This document shows positions 1-8,800 of a DNA stretch of 34,394 bases, one piece after another; the stretch's first letter is position 1; each line of letters starts with the position of its first letter. Source of the stretch: Minisyncoccia bacterium. GTDB taxonomy: Bacteria > Patescibacteriota > Minisyncoccia > Phycocordibacterales > Phycocordibacteraceae. The translations under genes were made by a program, and so were the position numbers. The notes below the pieces were generated by a model. It had not been told where the DNA came from, searched no databases, and saw only the letters and a program-made list of their open reading frames with translations. The stretch is taken from NCBI GenBank assembly GCA_041623915.1, contig JBFJWB010000003.1:1-34394 (forward strand), given 5' to 3'.

Positions 1-153
1 ATAGAAGAGACATTCTTCAACGCGCAACAGCTTGTTGGTGGAGTGACGGCTCACCAAGGCAACGACGTGCGATGCAGAACGTGATCCCAAGGGTTGATGA
101 GTTCATGTGTATTCGCTTGATGCTCCTCCTCCATATTGCGCTCCAGTACCATG

Positions 154-184
154 CCCGGTCGCCTCGCGACCGGGTTTTACTTTT
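154..184 (+). terminator. Intrinsic terminator of an upstream gene (mostly outside window)
   Basis: Stem CCCGGTCGC(154-162)/GCGACCGGG(166-174), loop CTC, followed by TTTTACTTTT. Confidence 0.75.
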
Positions 185-204
185 CCCCTACATTTCGCTA
201 TAGT
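176..204 (+). promoter_or_regulatory. Putative sigma70 promoter of fusA
   Basis: TTTACT(176-181)-17 nt-TATAGT(199-204). Confidence 0.55.
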
Positions 205-247
205 TTCTGAAACGCTTCGGCGGCTTTATTTTTTCTAATCAACCCTT

Positions 248-2395
248 ATGAATCGCGATTATCCACTAGAGAAAGTGCGCAACTTCGGCATCATAGCCCA
301 TATTGACGCTGGTAAGACAACAACATCTGAAAGAGTCCTTTTTTATACTGGCTCTCAGCACAAGATTGGTGAGGTGCACGAGGGAGAAACCACCACAGAT
401 TGGATGGAGCAGGAGCGTGAGCGTGGTATTACCATTACGTCAGCTGCAATCACTTGTTTCTGGACGCGCACGTCAGAGATAGACAAAAAAGATTCTTCTA
501 AGAAATTCCGTTTCAATATTATTGATACTCCAGGGCACATTGACTTTACTGCAGAGGTGCAGCGCTCTATGCGCGTCTTGGACGGCGCAGTTGTTGTGTT
601 TGATGGCGTTGCTGGTGTAGAGCCACAGTCTGAGACAAATTGGCGCTATGCAGATGAGGCAAGTGTTCCACGTCTTTGTTTTATAAATAAACTAGACCGT
701 ACGGGAGCGTCTTTCGAGCGTTCATATGCTTCTGTGCTAGACCGTCTTTCAAAGAAAGCCGTACGCATGCAGATTCCGGTAGGAGAAGAAGGTGATCATG
801 ATGGTGTTGTAGATCTGCTTTCCATGCAGGCGTATTCTTTTTCTGGGAATATGGGTGAAGAAGTAATTGCTGGCGAAATACCTGAAAACCTTGTTGAAGA
901 CGCAAAGAAGTATCGTGCGGAGTTGGTTGAGAGAATTGTAGAACATGACGATGAAGCTATGGCAGCGTATCTAGAAGGTACAGAGCCTGCGCTTGAAGAC
1001 TTGAAGAAGATATTGCGTAAAGCTGTGGTCGGTAATGAGATTTTTCCAGTGTTCTGTGGCTCTGCTCTTAAAAATAAAGGTGTTCAGCTAGTGCTTGATG
1101 CTGTTGTTGATTACCTACCTTCACCAGCAGAACTACCACCAGTTAAGGGAATGAATCCAAGCAACGATGAGGAAATAGTGCGACACCCATCAGACGATGA
1201 ACCATTTACGGCGCTTGTATTTAAGCTTCAGACAGATCCATTTGTCGGTGCACTTGCCTTCTTTCGTGTGTACTCAGGAACACTTGAGGCGGGTTCATAT
1301 GTTTATAATTCCACCACTGGAACAAAAGAGCGTGTCGGGCGCATTGTACGTCTCCAAGCAGATAAGCGTGAAGAGGTCGATAAGGTATATACCGGAGAAA
1401 TTGCCGCCGCCGTAGGACTTAAGGAAACAAAGACTTCACACACATTGTGCAGTGAGTCATCGCCTATTGTTCTTGAATCCATTAAATTTCCAGAGCCTGT
1501 GGTTTCTCTTCGTATTGAACCAAAAACTAAAGCAGATCAGGAAAAACTTGGCGTTGCATTACGCAAGCTTTCAGACGAAGATCCAACCTTCCGTGTTTCT
1601 TCAGATCAAGAAACAGGAGAAACTCTTATCTCAGGAATGGGCGAGCTTCATCTTGAGATTCTTGTGGATCGCATGAAGCGTGAATTTAACGTAGAAGCCA
1701 ACATCGGCCGGCCACAGGTAGCATACAGGGAAACTATTCAAGGGAGCGCTGAAGTGGAGCATAAATACATTAAGCAGTCTGGAGGTCGCGGTCAGTATGG
1801 TCACGTTAAAATCCGCATGAAGAAGCTTGAACCGTTGGAGGATGGCGCTAAAATTTCCAAAAACGTTAAGCGTGAAGATCACTTTGAATTTATTAACAAC
1901 ATCAAGGGCGGTGTAATTCCTCAGGAATACATTCCTGCTGTTGAAAAAGGTCTTCGTGAGTCTATGGATCGTGGTATTTTGGCTGGCTATCCAGTTGTGG
2001 ATGTATCAATAGATCTGTTTGATGGCTCGTATCACGATGTAGACTCTTCCGAAATCGCATTTAAAATTGCAGCATCTATGGCTTTCAGTGAAGCTGCGCA
2101 AAAAGCAAAACCAGTCATTCTAGAGCCAATTATGCGTGTGGAAGTAGTTGTCCCTGAGCAGTTCATGGGTGACATCACTGGCAATTTGTCTGGGAAGCGA
2201 GGCGCAATTGAGGGAATGGAAGATCGTGGCCAAAACAAAGCTGTCCATGCGAAGGTTCCGCTTTCAGAGATGTTTGGCTACACCACAACACTTCGTTCCA
2301 TGACAGAAGGTCGTGGCTCTATGATAATGGAATTTGATCATTACGAGGTTGTTCCACAGAATGTAGCAACGGAAATTATAGCCAGTAGAAAGTAA
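248..2395 (+). CDS. fusA: Elongation factor G
   Basis: 715 aa; [23 protein letters not shown] GTPase motifs; [26 protein letters not shown]. Confidence 0.99.
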   Translation: MNRDYPLEKVRNFGIIAHIDAGKTTTSERVLFYTGSQHKIGEVHEGETTTDWMEQERERGITITSAAITCFWTRTSEIDKKDSSKKFRFNIIDTPGHIDFTAEVQRSMRVLDGAVVVFDGVAGVEPQSETNWRYADEASVPRLCFINKLDRTGASFERSYASVLDRLSKKAVRMQIPVGEEGDHDGVVDLLSMQAYSFSGNMGEEVIAGEIPENLVEDAKKYRAELVERIVEHDDEAMAAYLEGTEPALEDLKKILRKAVVGNEIFPVFCGSALKNKGVQLVLDAVVDYLPSPAELPPVKGMNPSNDEEIVRHPSDDEPFTALVFKLQTDPFVGALAFFRVYSGTLEAGSYVYNSTTGTKERVGRIVRLQADKREEVDKVYTGEIAAAVGLKETKTSHTLCSESSPIVLESIKFPEPVVSLRIEPKTKADQEKLGVALRKLSDEDPTFRVSSDQETGETLISGMGELHLEILVDRMKREFNVEANIGRPQVAYRETIQGSAEVEHKYIKQSGGRGQYGHVKIRMKKLEPLEDGAKISKNVKREDHFEFINNIKGGVIPQEYIPAVEKGLRESMDRGILAGYPVVDVSIDLFDGSYHDVDSSEIAFKIAASMAFSEAAQKAKPVILEPIMRVEVVVPEQFMGDITGNLSGKRGAIEGMEDRGQNKAVHAKVPLSEMFGYTTTLRSMTEGRGSMIMEFDHYEVVPQNVATEIIASRK

Positions 2396-2409
2396 ATAAA
2401 CTCTCATCT

Positions 2410-2444
2410 CACAAAAACCGCCTTATCTTTAGGCGGTTTTTGTG
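2410..2444 (+). terminator. Intrinsic terminator after fusA
   Basis: CACAAAAACCGCCT-tatcttt-AGGCGGTTTTTGTG, 14-bp inverted repeat. Confidence 0.85.
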
Positions 2445-2451
2445 TAAGGGC

Positions 2452-2480
2452 TTGCGCTTTTCTGTTGGTTTGGGTACATT
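2452..2480 (+). promoter_or_regulatory. Putative promoter of tuf-rpsJ
   Basis: TTGCGC(2452-2457)-17 nt-TACATT(2475-2480) just after the fusA terminator. Confidence 0.55.
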
Positions 2481-2601
2481 TATCCATAACGCAACTTGGC
2501 GTCGCTCTTTGGCTTGTCTTCTTCTGTTAGTCGGCAAGTCTTAGAGGTTTGTCCGACTTTAGTCGGCTTTATTCGTGACTTTAGCAATAAACTAAACGAC
2601 T

Positions 2602-3804
2602 ATGGCAGCAGAATTTGATCGTGCGAAGCCACATATGAACGTTGGCACCATTGGCCACGTTGACCATGGAAAAACTACCCTTACAGCGGGTATTCTTCAT
2701 GTGCTTCAGATGTTGAAGGGTGAGGCATATGACTCTCGCGCGGAGGAAGTAGATAAGATCGATAGCGCACCGGAAGAGAAGGCGCGTGGTATTACGATTG
2801 CACTCCACCACTCGGAGTACGAATCACCAAACCGTCACTATGCGCACATTGATGCGCCAGGACACGCCGACTACATTAAGAACATGATTACAGGTGCCGC
2901 CCAGATGGATGGCGCAGTACTCGTAGTTGCAGCAACTGATGGCGTTATGCCACAAACACGTGAGCACATCCTTCTTGCAAAGCAGGTGGGTCTACAGAAG
3001 CTCATTGTTTTCTTGAACAAAGTAGATATGGTTGCAGAAGCAGATCTTATTGACCTTGTGGAAGAAGAAATCCGCGAACTACTTACAAAACAAGGTTATG
3101 ATGGTGAAAGCACGCCAATCATTCGTGGTTCTGGTTTGAAGGCTCTTGAGTCAGCGGACATGAACGATGAATACGCTCAAAAGGTTAAAGAGCTTATAGA
3201 CACTATGGACACGTACTTTGACCTCCCAGTACGCGAGACGGACAAGCCGTTTCTCATGCCTATTGAGGACATCTTCTCTATTGAAGGTCGAGGTACAGTT
3301 GTAACAGGTCGTATTGAGCGCGGTACAGTGAAGGTCGGTGAGGAAGTTGAAATCGTCGGTATTAAGGATACGGCGAAGACAACAATCACTGGAATTGAGA
3401 TGTTTAACAAACAACTTCAGGAAGGACAGGCTGGCGATAACGCAGGAATTCTTCTTCGTGGTACGAAAAAGGACGATGTACACCGTGGTCAGGTACTTGC
3501 CAAGACTGGATCTATCACTCCGCATACGGACTTCGAGGCAGAAGTGTATATCCTTAACAAGGATGAGGGTGGTCGTCATACACCGTTCTTCACTGGTTAC
3601 AAACCACAGTTTTACATTGGTACTACTGACGTGACTGGGGAAGTTACGCTTCCAGAAGGTAAGGAAATGGTGATGCCAGGAGACACTGTTACCTTTAAGG
3701 TAAAGCTTGTGGCACCAATTGCGCTTGAAGACCAACGCCGTTTTGCTATCCGTGAGGGCAGTAAGACAGTTGGTGCAGGCGTTGTAACGAAGATTACTGC
3801 CTAA
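2602..3804 (+). CDS. tuf: Elongation factor Tu
   Basis: 400 aa; [48 protein letters not shown]. Confidence 0.99.
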   Translation: MAAEFDRAKPHMNVGTIGHVDHGKTTLTAGILHVLQMLKGEAYDSRAEEVDKIDSAPEEKARGITIALHHSEYESPNRHYAHIDAPGHADYIKNMITGAAQMDGAVLVVAATDGVMPQTREHILLAKQVGLQKLIVFLNKVDMVAEADLIDLVEEEIRELLTKQGYDGESTPIIRGSGLKALESADMNDEYAQKVKELIDTMDTYFDLPVRETDKPFLMPIEDIFSIEGRGTVVTGRIERGTVKVGEEVEIVGIKDTAKTTITGIEMFNKQLQEGQAGDNAGILLRGTKKDDVHRGQVLAKTGSITPHTDFEAEVYILNKDEGGRHTPFFTGYKPQFYIGTTDVTGEVTLPEGKEMVMPGDTVTFKVKLVAPIALEDQRRFAIREGSKTVGAGVVTKITA

Positions 3805-3825
3805 TAGCTTCTGGCTCCTACTCGT

Positions 3826-4179
3826 ATGGCAACGACAACAAAACGAACTACGAAGAAAGCGGTACCTACCGCAGAACATAAGCTCCGTATCCGTGTCCGT
3901 GCCTACGAGCACAAGATTCTTGATCTTTCCGTTAAGCAGATTATGGATACAGCGACTCGACTCGACGCCAAGGTCGTGGGTCCTGTTCCACTCCCTACGG
4001 AGATCAAGCGTTGGACAGTGAACCGCTCAACGTTTGTTCATAAGGACGCGCGTGAGCAGTTTGAAATGCGCATTCATAAGCGCTTGATTGACATCTTGAA
4101 TCCTGCTCCGAAGGTGATTGAGGCTCTTACGAATCTAGATCTTCCATCTGGCGTGACGATTGATGTGAAAATGGTGTAA
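3826..4179 (+). CDS. rpsJ: 30S ribosomal protein S10 (uS10)
   Basis: LRIRVRAYEH, GPVPLPT, REQFEMRIHKRLIDI. Confidence 0.98.
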   Translation: MATTTKRTTKKAVPTAEHKLRIRVRAYEHKILDLSVKQIMDTATRLDAKVVGPVPLPTEIKRWTVNRSTFVHKDAREQFEMRIHKRLIDILNPAPKVIEALTNLDLPSGVTIDVKMV

Positions 4180-4188
4180 TAGTGAATA

Positions 4189-4235
4189 TGGTGCACAACA
4201 AAACCGCCTCCAACAGGCGGTTTTGTTGTGCACCA
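4189..4235 (+). terminator. Long inverted repeat/terminator after rpsJ
   Basis: Perfect 21-bp inverted repeat TGGTGCACAACAAAACCGCCT-ccaac-AGGCGGTTTTGTTGTGCACCA. Confidence 0.85.
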
Positions 4236-4292
4236 AGAACAGTTTATTTTGGGTTATACTAGAATAAGAATTACTCACTTAGTTTTGATTAT

Positions 4293-4763
4293 ATGAATAT
4301 TTGTATGGATAAGTGCATGTGTTGGATGGGGAGATGTCAGGATGTCGCACCATTGGTATTGCGTATTGCGGTAGGTCTTGTTTTCTTTATGCATGGTTGG
4401 CAGAAGTTGACCCTCTTCAAGGTAGAGGGGACAACAGCACTTCTTACTGGCCTAGGCTTTCCCGCAGCAGGGTTCTTGGCGGTAGTTCTTATTGCCGCAG
4501 AGCTTTTGGGTGGCCTCGCTCTCATTTTAGGGCTCTTTACGCACTGGGCAGCTAAGATTGTCGGCGTGGTAGCTATAGTTGCATTATTTGCCGTGCATTT
4601 TGAGTACGGCTTCTTTTTACTAAATACAGATGGTGGCGTAGGGTATGAGTACACACTTGTGCTTTTTGCTGCTGCTGTATCGCTTATGATGACGGGCGCA
4701 GGAAAGTACTCGCTCGATGCTAAGTTCTTCAAGAAGAAAGAAACGGGGGACAGTATGACCTAA
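4293..4763 (+). CDS. DoxX-family membrane protein
   Basis: LRIAVGLVFFMHGWQKL, ELLGGLALILG, GYEY, GAGKYSLD signature; about 4 TM helices; start uncertain (several Met). Confidence 0.9.
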   Translation: MNICMDKCMCWMGRCQDVAPLVLRIAVGLVFFMHGWQKLTLFKVEGTTALLTGLGFPAAGFLAVVLIAAELLGGLALILGLFTHWAAKIVGVVAIVALFAVHFEYGFFLLNTDGGVGYEYTLVLFAAAVSLMMTGAGKYSLDAKFFKKKETGDSMT

Positions 4764-4777
4764 GTAGGTTCTCCAGA

Positions 4778-4813
4778 GAACAAAACCGCCCCTTCAGGGG
4801 TGGTTTTGTTTTT
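4778..4813 (+). terminator. Intrinsic terminator after DoxX gene
   Basis: AACAAAACCGCCCC-ttca-GGGGTGGTTTTGTT plus T tract. Confidence 0.8.
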
Positions 4814-4814
4814 C

Positions 4815-4843
4815 TTGCATGTTTTAGTGCTGTCGTGTAAAGT
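4815..4843 (+). promoter_or_regulatory. Putative promoter of rplC-rplD-rplW-rplB
   Basis: TTGCAT(4815-4820)-17 nt-TAAAGT(4838-4843). Confidence 0.55.
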
Positions 4844-4922
4844 GCTTGAATCGCTATGTCCCTCGGGACCAATGGCTCGAAGGGTCAAATTGACCCGACG
4901 GCGCCGTTTAGGCGCATTTTTC

Positions 4923-5567
4923 ATGAAATTTATTCTTGCAAAGAAACAGGGTATGACGCGCGTCTTCACAGAAGAAGGTCGCGTATTTGCTGGCACACGA
5001 CTTAAAGCAGATCCAGTCGTCGTTACTCAAGTGAAGACTGCGGACGGCGTTGACAAGTACTCTGCTGTACAGATTGGTTTTGGCGCACGTAAGACCAAGA
5101 ACGTCAGCAAGGCTGTTCTTGGCCACACAAAAGAAAAAGGATATCAGGCTATTCGCGAGTTCCGTACTGTTGGAGCCGGAGATCTTTCTGTAGGTGCCGA
5201 AATCTCCATAGATACTTTTGCCGTTGGCGACAAAGTCTCTGTCGCAAGCCTGAGTAAAGGGAAGGGTTTTGCTGGAGTAGTGAAGCGCCATAACTTTAAA
5301 GGTGGACCACGCACACATGGCCAAAAGCACTCGGAGCGCGAGCCGGGTTCTATCGGAGGATCGGGTGGTCGCGCTGGCGGTCGTGTAGTTAAAGGTATGC
5401 GTATGGCTGGCCGTATGGGCACTGATCGTGTGACGGTTAAAAATCTTACGGTTTTGGCTGTAGACGCTAAAACAGGAGAAATTATTCTTTCTGGTGCAGT
5501 ACCAGGGAATCGTGGAGCATTGGTTGAAATTGTCTCTATGCCATCTAGCCCCCACACAACTGCATAA
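4923..5567 (+). CDS. rplC: 50S ribosomal protein L3 (uL3)
   Basis: Start reassigned to ATG 4923 (MKFILAKKQGMTRVF); SKGKGFAGVVKRHNF, PGSIG, GMRMAGRMG. Confidence 0.98.
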   Translation: MKFILAKKQGMTRVFTEEGRVFAGTRLKADPVVVTQVKTADGVDKYSAVQIGFGARKTKNVSKAVLGHTKEKGYQAIREFRTVGAGDLSVGAEISIDTFAVGDKVSVASLSKGKGFAGVVKRHNFKGGPRTHGQKHSEREPGSIGGSGGRAGGRVVKGMRMAGRMGTDRVTVKNLTVLAVDAKTGEIILSGAVPGNRGALVEIVSMPSSPHTTA

Positions 5568-5578
5568 ATTTTCGTACT

Positions 5579-6286
5579 ATGGAAACTACAACTACAAAAA
5601 AAGATACTGTTATGCCAAAACTTGAAGCAAAAGTGTATTCAGTGGCAGGAAAGGAGGTGTCTACGATTACCTTGTCTGAATCTGTTTTCGGTAGAGCATT
5701 TAATGCAGATCTTGTTCATCAGGTTACAACCGCACTTGCTGCAAACAAACGGCAAAATCGAGCACACACCAAGGATCGTTCTGAAGTAGCTGGTGGAGGA
5801 AAGAAGCCATGGAAGCAAAAAGGCACAGGTCGCGCACGTCATGGTTCGTCTCGCTCGCCTATCTGGCGTCATGGCGGTATCACTTTTGGTCCACGTACGG
5901 AACGTGATTACAGCGAGAAGATAAATCGTAAGACGCGCGTTGCCGCTCTTTATGCGGTGCTGTCCCAGAAAGTGAAGGATGGTGAAATTGTGTTTGTTGA
6001 CTCACTTGCGTCTTCCGAGCCAAAGACTTCTATGGCTGTAAAAGCTCTTGAAGCACTAGGAAAAGCAACGGACACAACATTGTTGTCACCAAAGAAGACT
6101 GGTCACACAGCACTTATTGCAACAAATGAATACAATGAGAATACTATTAAAAGCTTCCGTAATGTAACAGGTGTTGCCACTGAGGAGTTACGAAATCTTA
6201 ACCCACTTGAGGTGCTTTCATACCGTTATCTTGTCATTGAGAATCCACAAGAATCATTGAAAGCACTTGAACAACGCGCAAAGTAA
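5579..6286 (+). CDS. rplD: 50S ribosomal protein L4 (uL4)
   Basis: TKDRSEVAGGGKKPWKQKGTGRARHGS, GGITFGP. Confidence 0.98.
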   Translation: METTTTKKDTVMPKLEAKVYSVAGKEVSTITLSESVFGRAFNADLVHQVTTALAANKRQNRAHTKDRSEVAGGGKKPWKQKGTGRARHGSSRSPIWRHGGITFGPRTERDYSEKINRKTRVAALYAVLSQKVKDGEIVFVDSLASSEPKTSMAVKALEALGKATDTTLLSPKKTGHTALIATNEYNENTIKSFRNVTGVATEELRNLNPLEVLSYRYLVIENPQESLKALEQRAK

Positions 6287-6296
6287 TAAAAATTGT

Positions 6297-6665
6297 ATGG
6301 CTATTTTCGGATCAACAAATAAGAAAGAAGAAAAAAAGACAACGGCTAAAAAGTCTTATGCGCGTACGGTGGTACTAAAAGACGGTATCGCTAATGAGAT
6401 TATTATCGCACCATGGTTTTCTGAAAAGGCACTTCTTGCTACAGAAAAAGGCGTATATGTATTTTCTGTACCCATTTCTGCAACTAAAGCACAAGTAGCT
6501 GGAGCAATTAAAGAGCTCTATAATGTAACACCAAAGAAAGTTAATCTTGTGCATCTTCCAGCTAAAAAAGTATCACTGCGTACACGTCGTGGTATCGGCT
6601 CTCGCGCACGTCGTCATAAGGCGTACGTGCATCTTAACGCTGGTGACACCATTCAATTTGCATAA
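6297..6665 (+). CDS. rplW: 50S ribosomal protein L23 (uL23)
   Basis: Between rplD and rplB; P.FSEKA, YVFSV, ATKAQV, KAYVHL; start at ATG 6297. Confidence 0.93.
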   Translation: MAIFGSTNKKEEKKTTAKKSYARTVVLKDGIANEIIIAPWFSEKALLATEKGVYVFSVPISATKAQVAGAIKELYNVTPKKVNLVHLPAKKVSLRTRRGIGSRARRHKAYVHLNAGDTIQFA

Positions 6666-6674
6666 TTCTTTACT

Positions 6675-7520
6675 ATGAAAAAGTACCGTCCAACAAGTCC
6701 AAGTCGTCGCGCAATGACAACACTCCCTTACAGGGATCTTTTGTCTGGCGATACACCACACAAACCTCTTTTGAAGAGCAAGAAGCGACAAGCCGGTCGT
6801 AATGGCTTTGGGCGTATTACAATGCGTCATCAAGGAGGTGGCAATAAGCGTCGTTTACGCGATATCGACTTTACCTTCAACAAGAAGGATATTCCAGCAA
6901 AGATTGAAACCGTAGAATACGATCCATATCGATCTGCACTCATTGCGCTTGCTCTTTATGCAGATGGCGAGCGTCGTTATGTGATTGCACCACGTGATAC
7001 CAAACCTGGGGATACTTTTATTGTAGGAGAGAACGCGCCTATTTCAGCCGGAAACCGCGCTCCACTCGGTAAGATGCCAGTAGGTACGTTTGTATATAAC
7101 ATTGAGCTGAAGCCAGCAGCGGGTGCACGCCTGGTACGTTCTGCGGGCACGAATGCAGAAGTTATTGCTCATGATGCTGGGTACGCGCTTGTAAAGCTCC
7201 CTTCAAGCGAGGTACGTAAGATTTCAGATCTTTGTTGGGCATCTATTGGCTCTGTTGGCAACGAAGAGTACAACTTGGTGGTGCTCGGCAAGGCAGGACG
7301 TTCTCGCTGGCTCGGTATTCGCCCTACGGTGCGTGGTACGGCTATGAATCCAGTAGATCATCCACACGGTGGTGGTGAAGGCAGGCAGGGCCGAGGACTT
7401 CGTCGCGCGAAGACCAAGTGGGGTAAGCCATCCGGCAAGGGCCAAAAGACCCGTACGCCGAAGAAATACTCCAACCAGTTTATTGTTTCTCGTCGCAAAG
7501 TCGGCAAGAAGCGCAAATAA
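6675..7520 (+). CDS. rplB: 50S ribosomal protein L2 (uL2)
   Basis: GRITMRHQGGG, EYDPYRSA, RPTVRGTAMNPVDHPHGGGEG. Confidence 0.99.
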   Translation: MKKYRPTSPSRRAMTTLPYRDLLSGDTPHKPLLKSKKRQAGRNGFGRITMRHQGGGNKRRLRDIDFTFNKKDIPAKIETVEYDPYRSALIALALYADGERRYVIAPRDTKPGDTFIVGENAPISAGNRAPLGKMPVGTFVYNIELKPAAGARLVRSAGTNAEVIAHDAGYALVKLPSSEVRKISDLCWASIGSVGNEEYNLVVLGKAGRSRWLGIRPTVRGTAMNPVDHPHGGGEGRQGRGLRRAKTKWGKPSGKGQKTRTPKKYSNQFIVSRRKVGKKRK

Positions 7521-7522
7521 AG

Positions 7523-7546
7523 AAAGCCCCGCATTGCGGGGCTTTA
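7523..7546. repeat. Palindromic repeat copy 1; bidirectional terminator between rplB and antisense orphan
   Basis: AAAGCCCCGCATTGCGGGGCTTTA, identical to 7802-7825. Confidence 0.9.
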
Positions 7547-7553
7547 TCATGTG

Positions 7554-7763
7554 TTAGTCACTTCCGATTAAAAGCGAATCTTTCGTTTGACGTTTCCACA
7601 TTTTTTGCAAACCATCCTCACCCAATTCACGCGGGGTGTATCCAAGTAGTTGGCGTTCAATGTCGTCCAAATCACGATTTAAATAATTGTCTTTCTGCCG
7701 AACAGGAACGATTTTTTGAAGCGTCTCGTGTTCAAGTTCTTGGCTCAGAGCCACATTTCTCAT
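7554..7763 (-). CDS. Hypothetical 69-aa orphan protein (cassette gene B)
   Basis: MRNVALSQELEHE...LLIGSD; GGAG 7 nt before ATG 7763; extended -10 TGtTACTCT at 7800-7792; followed by palindrome copy 1. Confidence 0.6.
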   Translation of the reverse strand: MRNVALSQELEHETLQKIVPVRQKDNYLNRDLDDIERQLLGYTPRELGEDGLQKMWKRQTKDSLLIGSD

Positions 7764-7801
7764 CACTTTTCTCCAAAAGAACTTTGTGTGCAGAGTAACA
7801 T

Positions 7802-7825
7802 AAAGCCCCGCATTGCGGGGCTTTA
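7802..7825. repeat. Palindromic repeat copy 2; terminator of cassette gene A
   Basis: AAAGCCCCGCATTGCGGGGCTTTA, identical to 7523-7546 (279 bp apart). Confidence 0.9.
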
Positions 7826-7839
7826 AACGAATATGACGG

Positions 7840-8307
7840 TTACACAAGAACTTTTTCACGCACGAAGTCTCCTGCACTTAGGTGTTGGACGTGCGTAGCG
7901 CCACGAGCGACGTCGATGATCTGCTTATGCCATGTTATGGCAAGCACGAAATCAGTAATCCCAATCCCGAGTATATCTTTCTGGGAAAGGAAAAATCCGT
8001 GGAATCGCAGAAACTCTCGACCTTCCTTGAAATATTCCAGGACGGTTTCTTCTGTGACGTACCCCCAGAAATGGTTCGCCTTACTTGCAAGGTCGGCTCG
8101 TGTCTCAAATGCCAGTGCAATTACGCTATGGTTTGAGAATTGCCCAACCCGGAAACTCCAACCCTCTGGGTGTATGTCGAACATATTCCGCCACCAGTTC
8201 AGTGGAGCATGCCAATTAAGCCAGCATATACCGCGTTCAACGCGACGGGTCGCAATCATTCTCGCAAGTCTTTCGGGGTCGATACTGCGTAGGGAGAACA
8301 AGCTCAT
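7840..8307 (-). CDS. Hypothetical 155-aa aromatic-rich orphan protein (cassette gene A)
   Basis: GGAG 7 nt before ATG 8307; extended -10 TGcTATAGT at 8356-8348; stop followed by palindrome copy 2. Confidence 0.7.
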   Translation of the reverse strand: MSLFSLRSIDPERLARMIATRRVERGICWLNWHAPLNWWRNMFDIHPEGWSFRVGQFSNHSVIALAFETRADLASKANHFWGYVTEETVLEYFKEGREFLRFHGFFLSQKDILGIGITDFVLAITWHKQIIDVARGATHVQHLSAGDFVREKVLV

Positions 8308-8396
8308 AATCCATCTCCAGTGGTTGTATAAGTTAAGTCTGTGCGAGACTATAGCACCAAACCCTCTTCAGGGGTAAAGAGTCGTAGTGTCAGTGT

Positions 8397-8425
8397 TTGA
8401 CAGAAGCGCTCATTTCCTATACATT
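8397..8425 (+). promoter_or_regulatory. Putative promoter restarting the ribosomal cluster at rpsS
   Basis: TTGACA(8397-8402)-17 nt-TACATT(8420-8425). Confidence 0.65.
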
Positions 8426-8464
8426 TGCCTTATCCCGCCCCGCGGGTATTTATTTGCTCACTAC

Positions 8465-8797
8465 ATGGCACGAAGTCTTAAAAAAGGTCCTTTTGTGGAT
8501 GTGAAACTCCTCAAGAAGGTTGAAGGAAAGAAACCAGCAGATGCTGGGGTTATTAAGACATGGGCACGTCGTTCGCAAATAAGCCCAGAAATGGTCGGTT
8601 TCACCTTTGGTGTCCATAACGGAAAACAACATGTTGATGTTTTGGTTTCAGAGGAAATGGTGGGGCATCGTCTAGGTGAATTTTCTCCTTCTAAGAAATT
8701 CGTTCGACACGGAGGGAAAATGCAGAAAGAGCTTGAACAAAAGCGTCAAGAATCTGAAATCGCCGCTGCAAAAGCTGCTTCTGCTGGTAAAAAATAA
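8465..8797 (+). CDS. rpsS: 30S ribosomal protein S19 (uS19)
   Basis: [33 protein letters not shown]; start at ATG 8465. Confidence 0.98.
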   Translation: MARSLKKGPFVDVKLLKKVEGKKPADAGVIKTWARRSQISPEMVGFTFGVHNGKQHVDVLVSEEMVGHRLGEFSPSKKFVRHGGKMQKELEQKRQESEIAAAKAASAGKK

Positions 8798-8800
8798 CGT

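Noticed and set aside
3151-3912. 253-aa antisense ORF over tuf, and similar antisense ORFs over rplC, rplE and 26626-27768
   Set aside because: Antisense shadows of conserved genes caused by codon bias; no expression signals.
4800-4922. Long N-terminal extensions in the ORF track (rplC; also rpsS, rpsQ, adk, rpmI, secG, NTase, VKOR)
   Set aside because: They run through terminators, promoters or upstream genes; downstream starts match family N-termini.
7523-7825. CRISPR array from the two identical palindromes
   Set aside because: Only two copies, a 255-bp spacer that contains an SD-led ORF, and no cas genes.
7790-7846. Integron attC site at the cassette junction (minus strand GTGTAAC...palindrome...GTTACTC)
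   Set aside because: Boxes do not fit RYYYAAC/GTTRRRY, the other palindrome copy has no GTT box, there is no extrahelical-base pattern, and no integrase lies in the window.
7882-8377. Plus-strand ORFs 7882-8136 and 7916-8377
   Set aside because: Shadow frames of the minus-strand 155-aa gene, which has the promoter, SD and terminator support.
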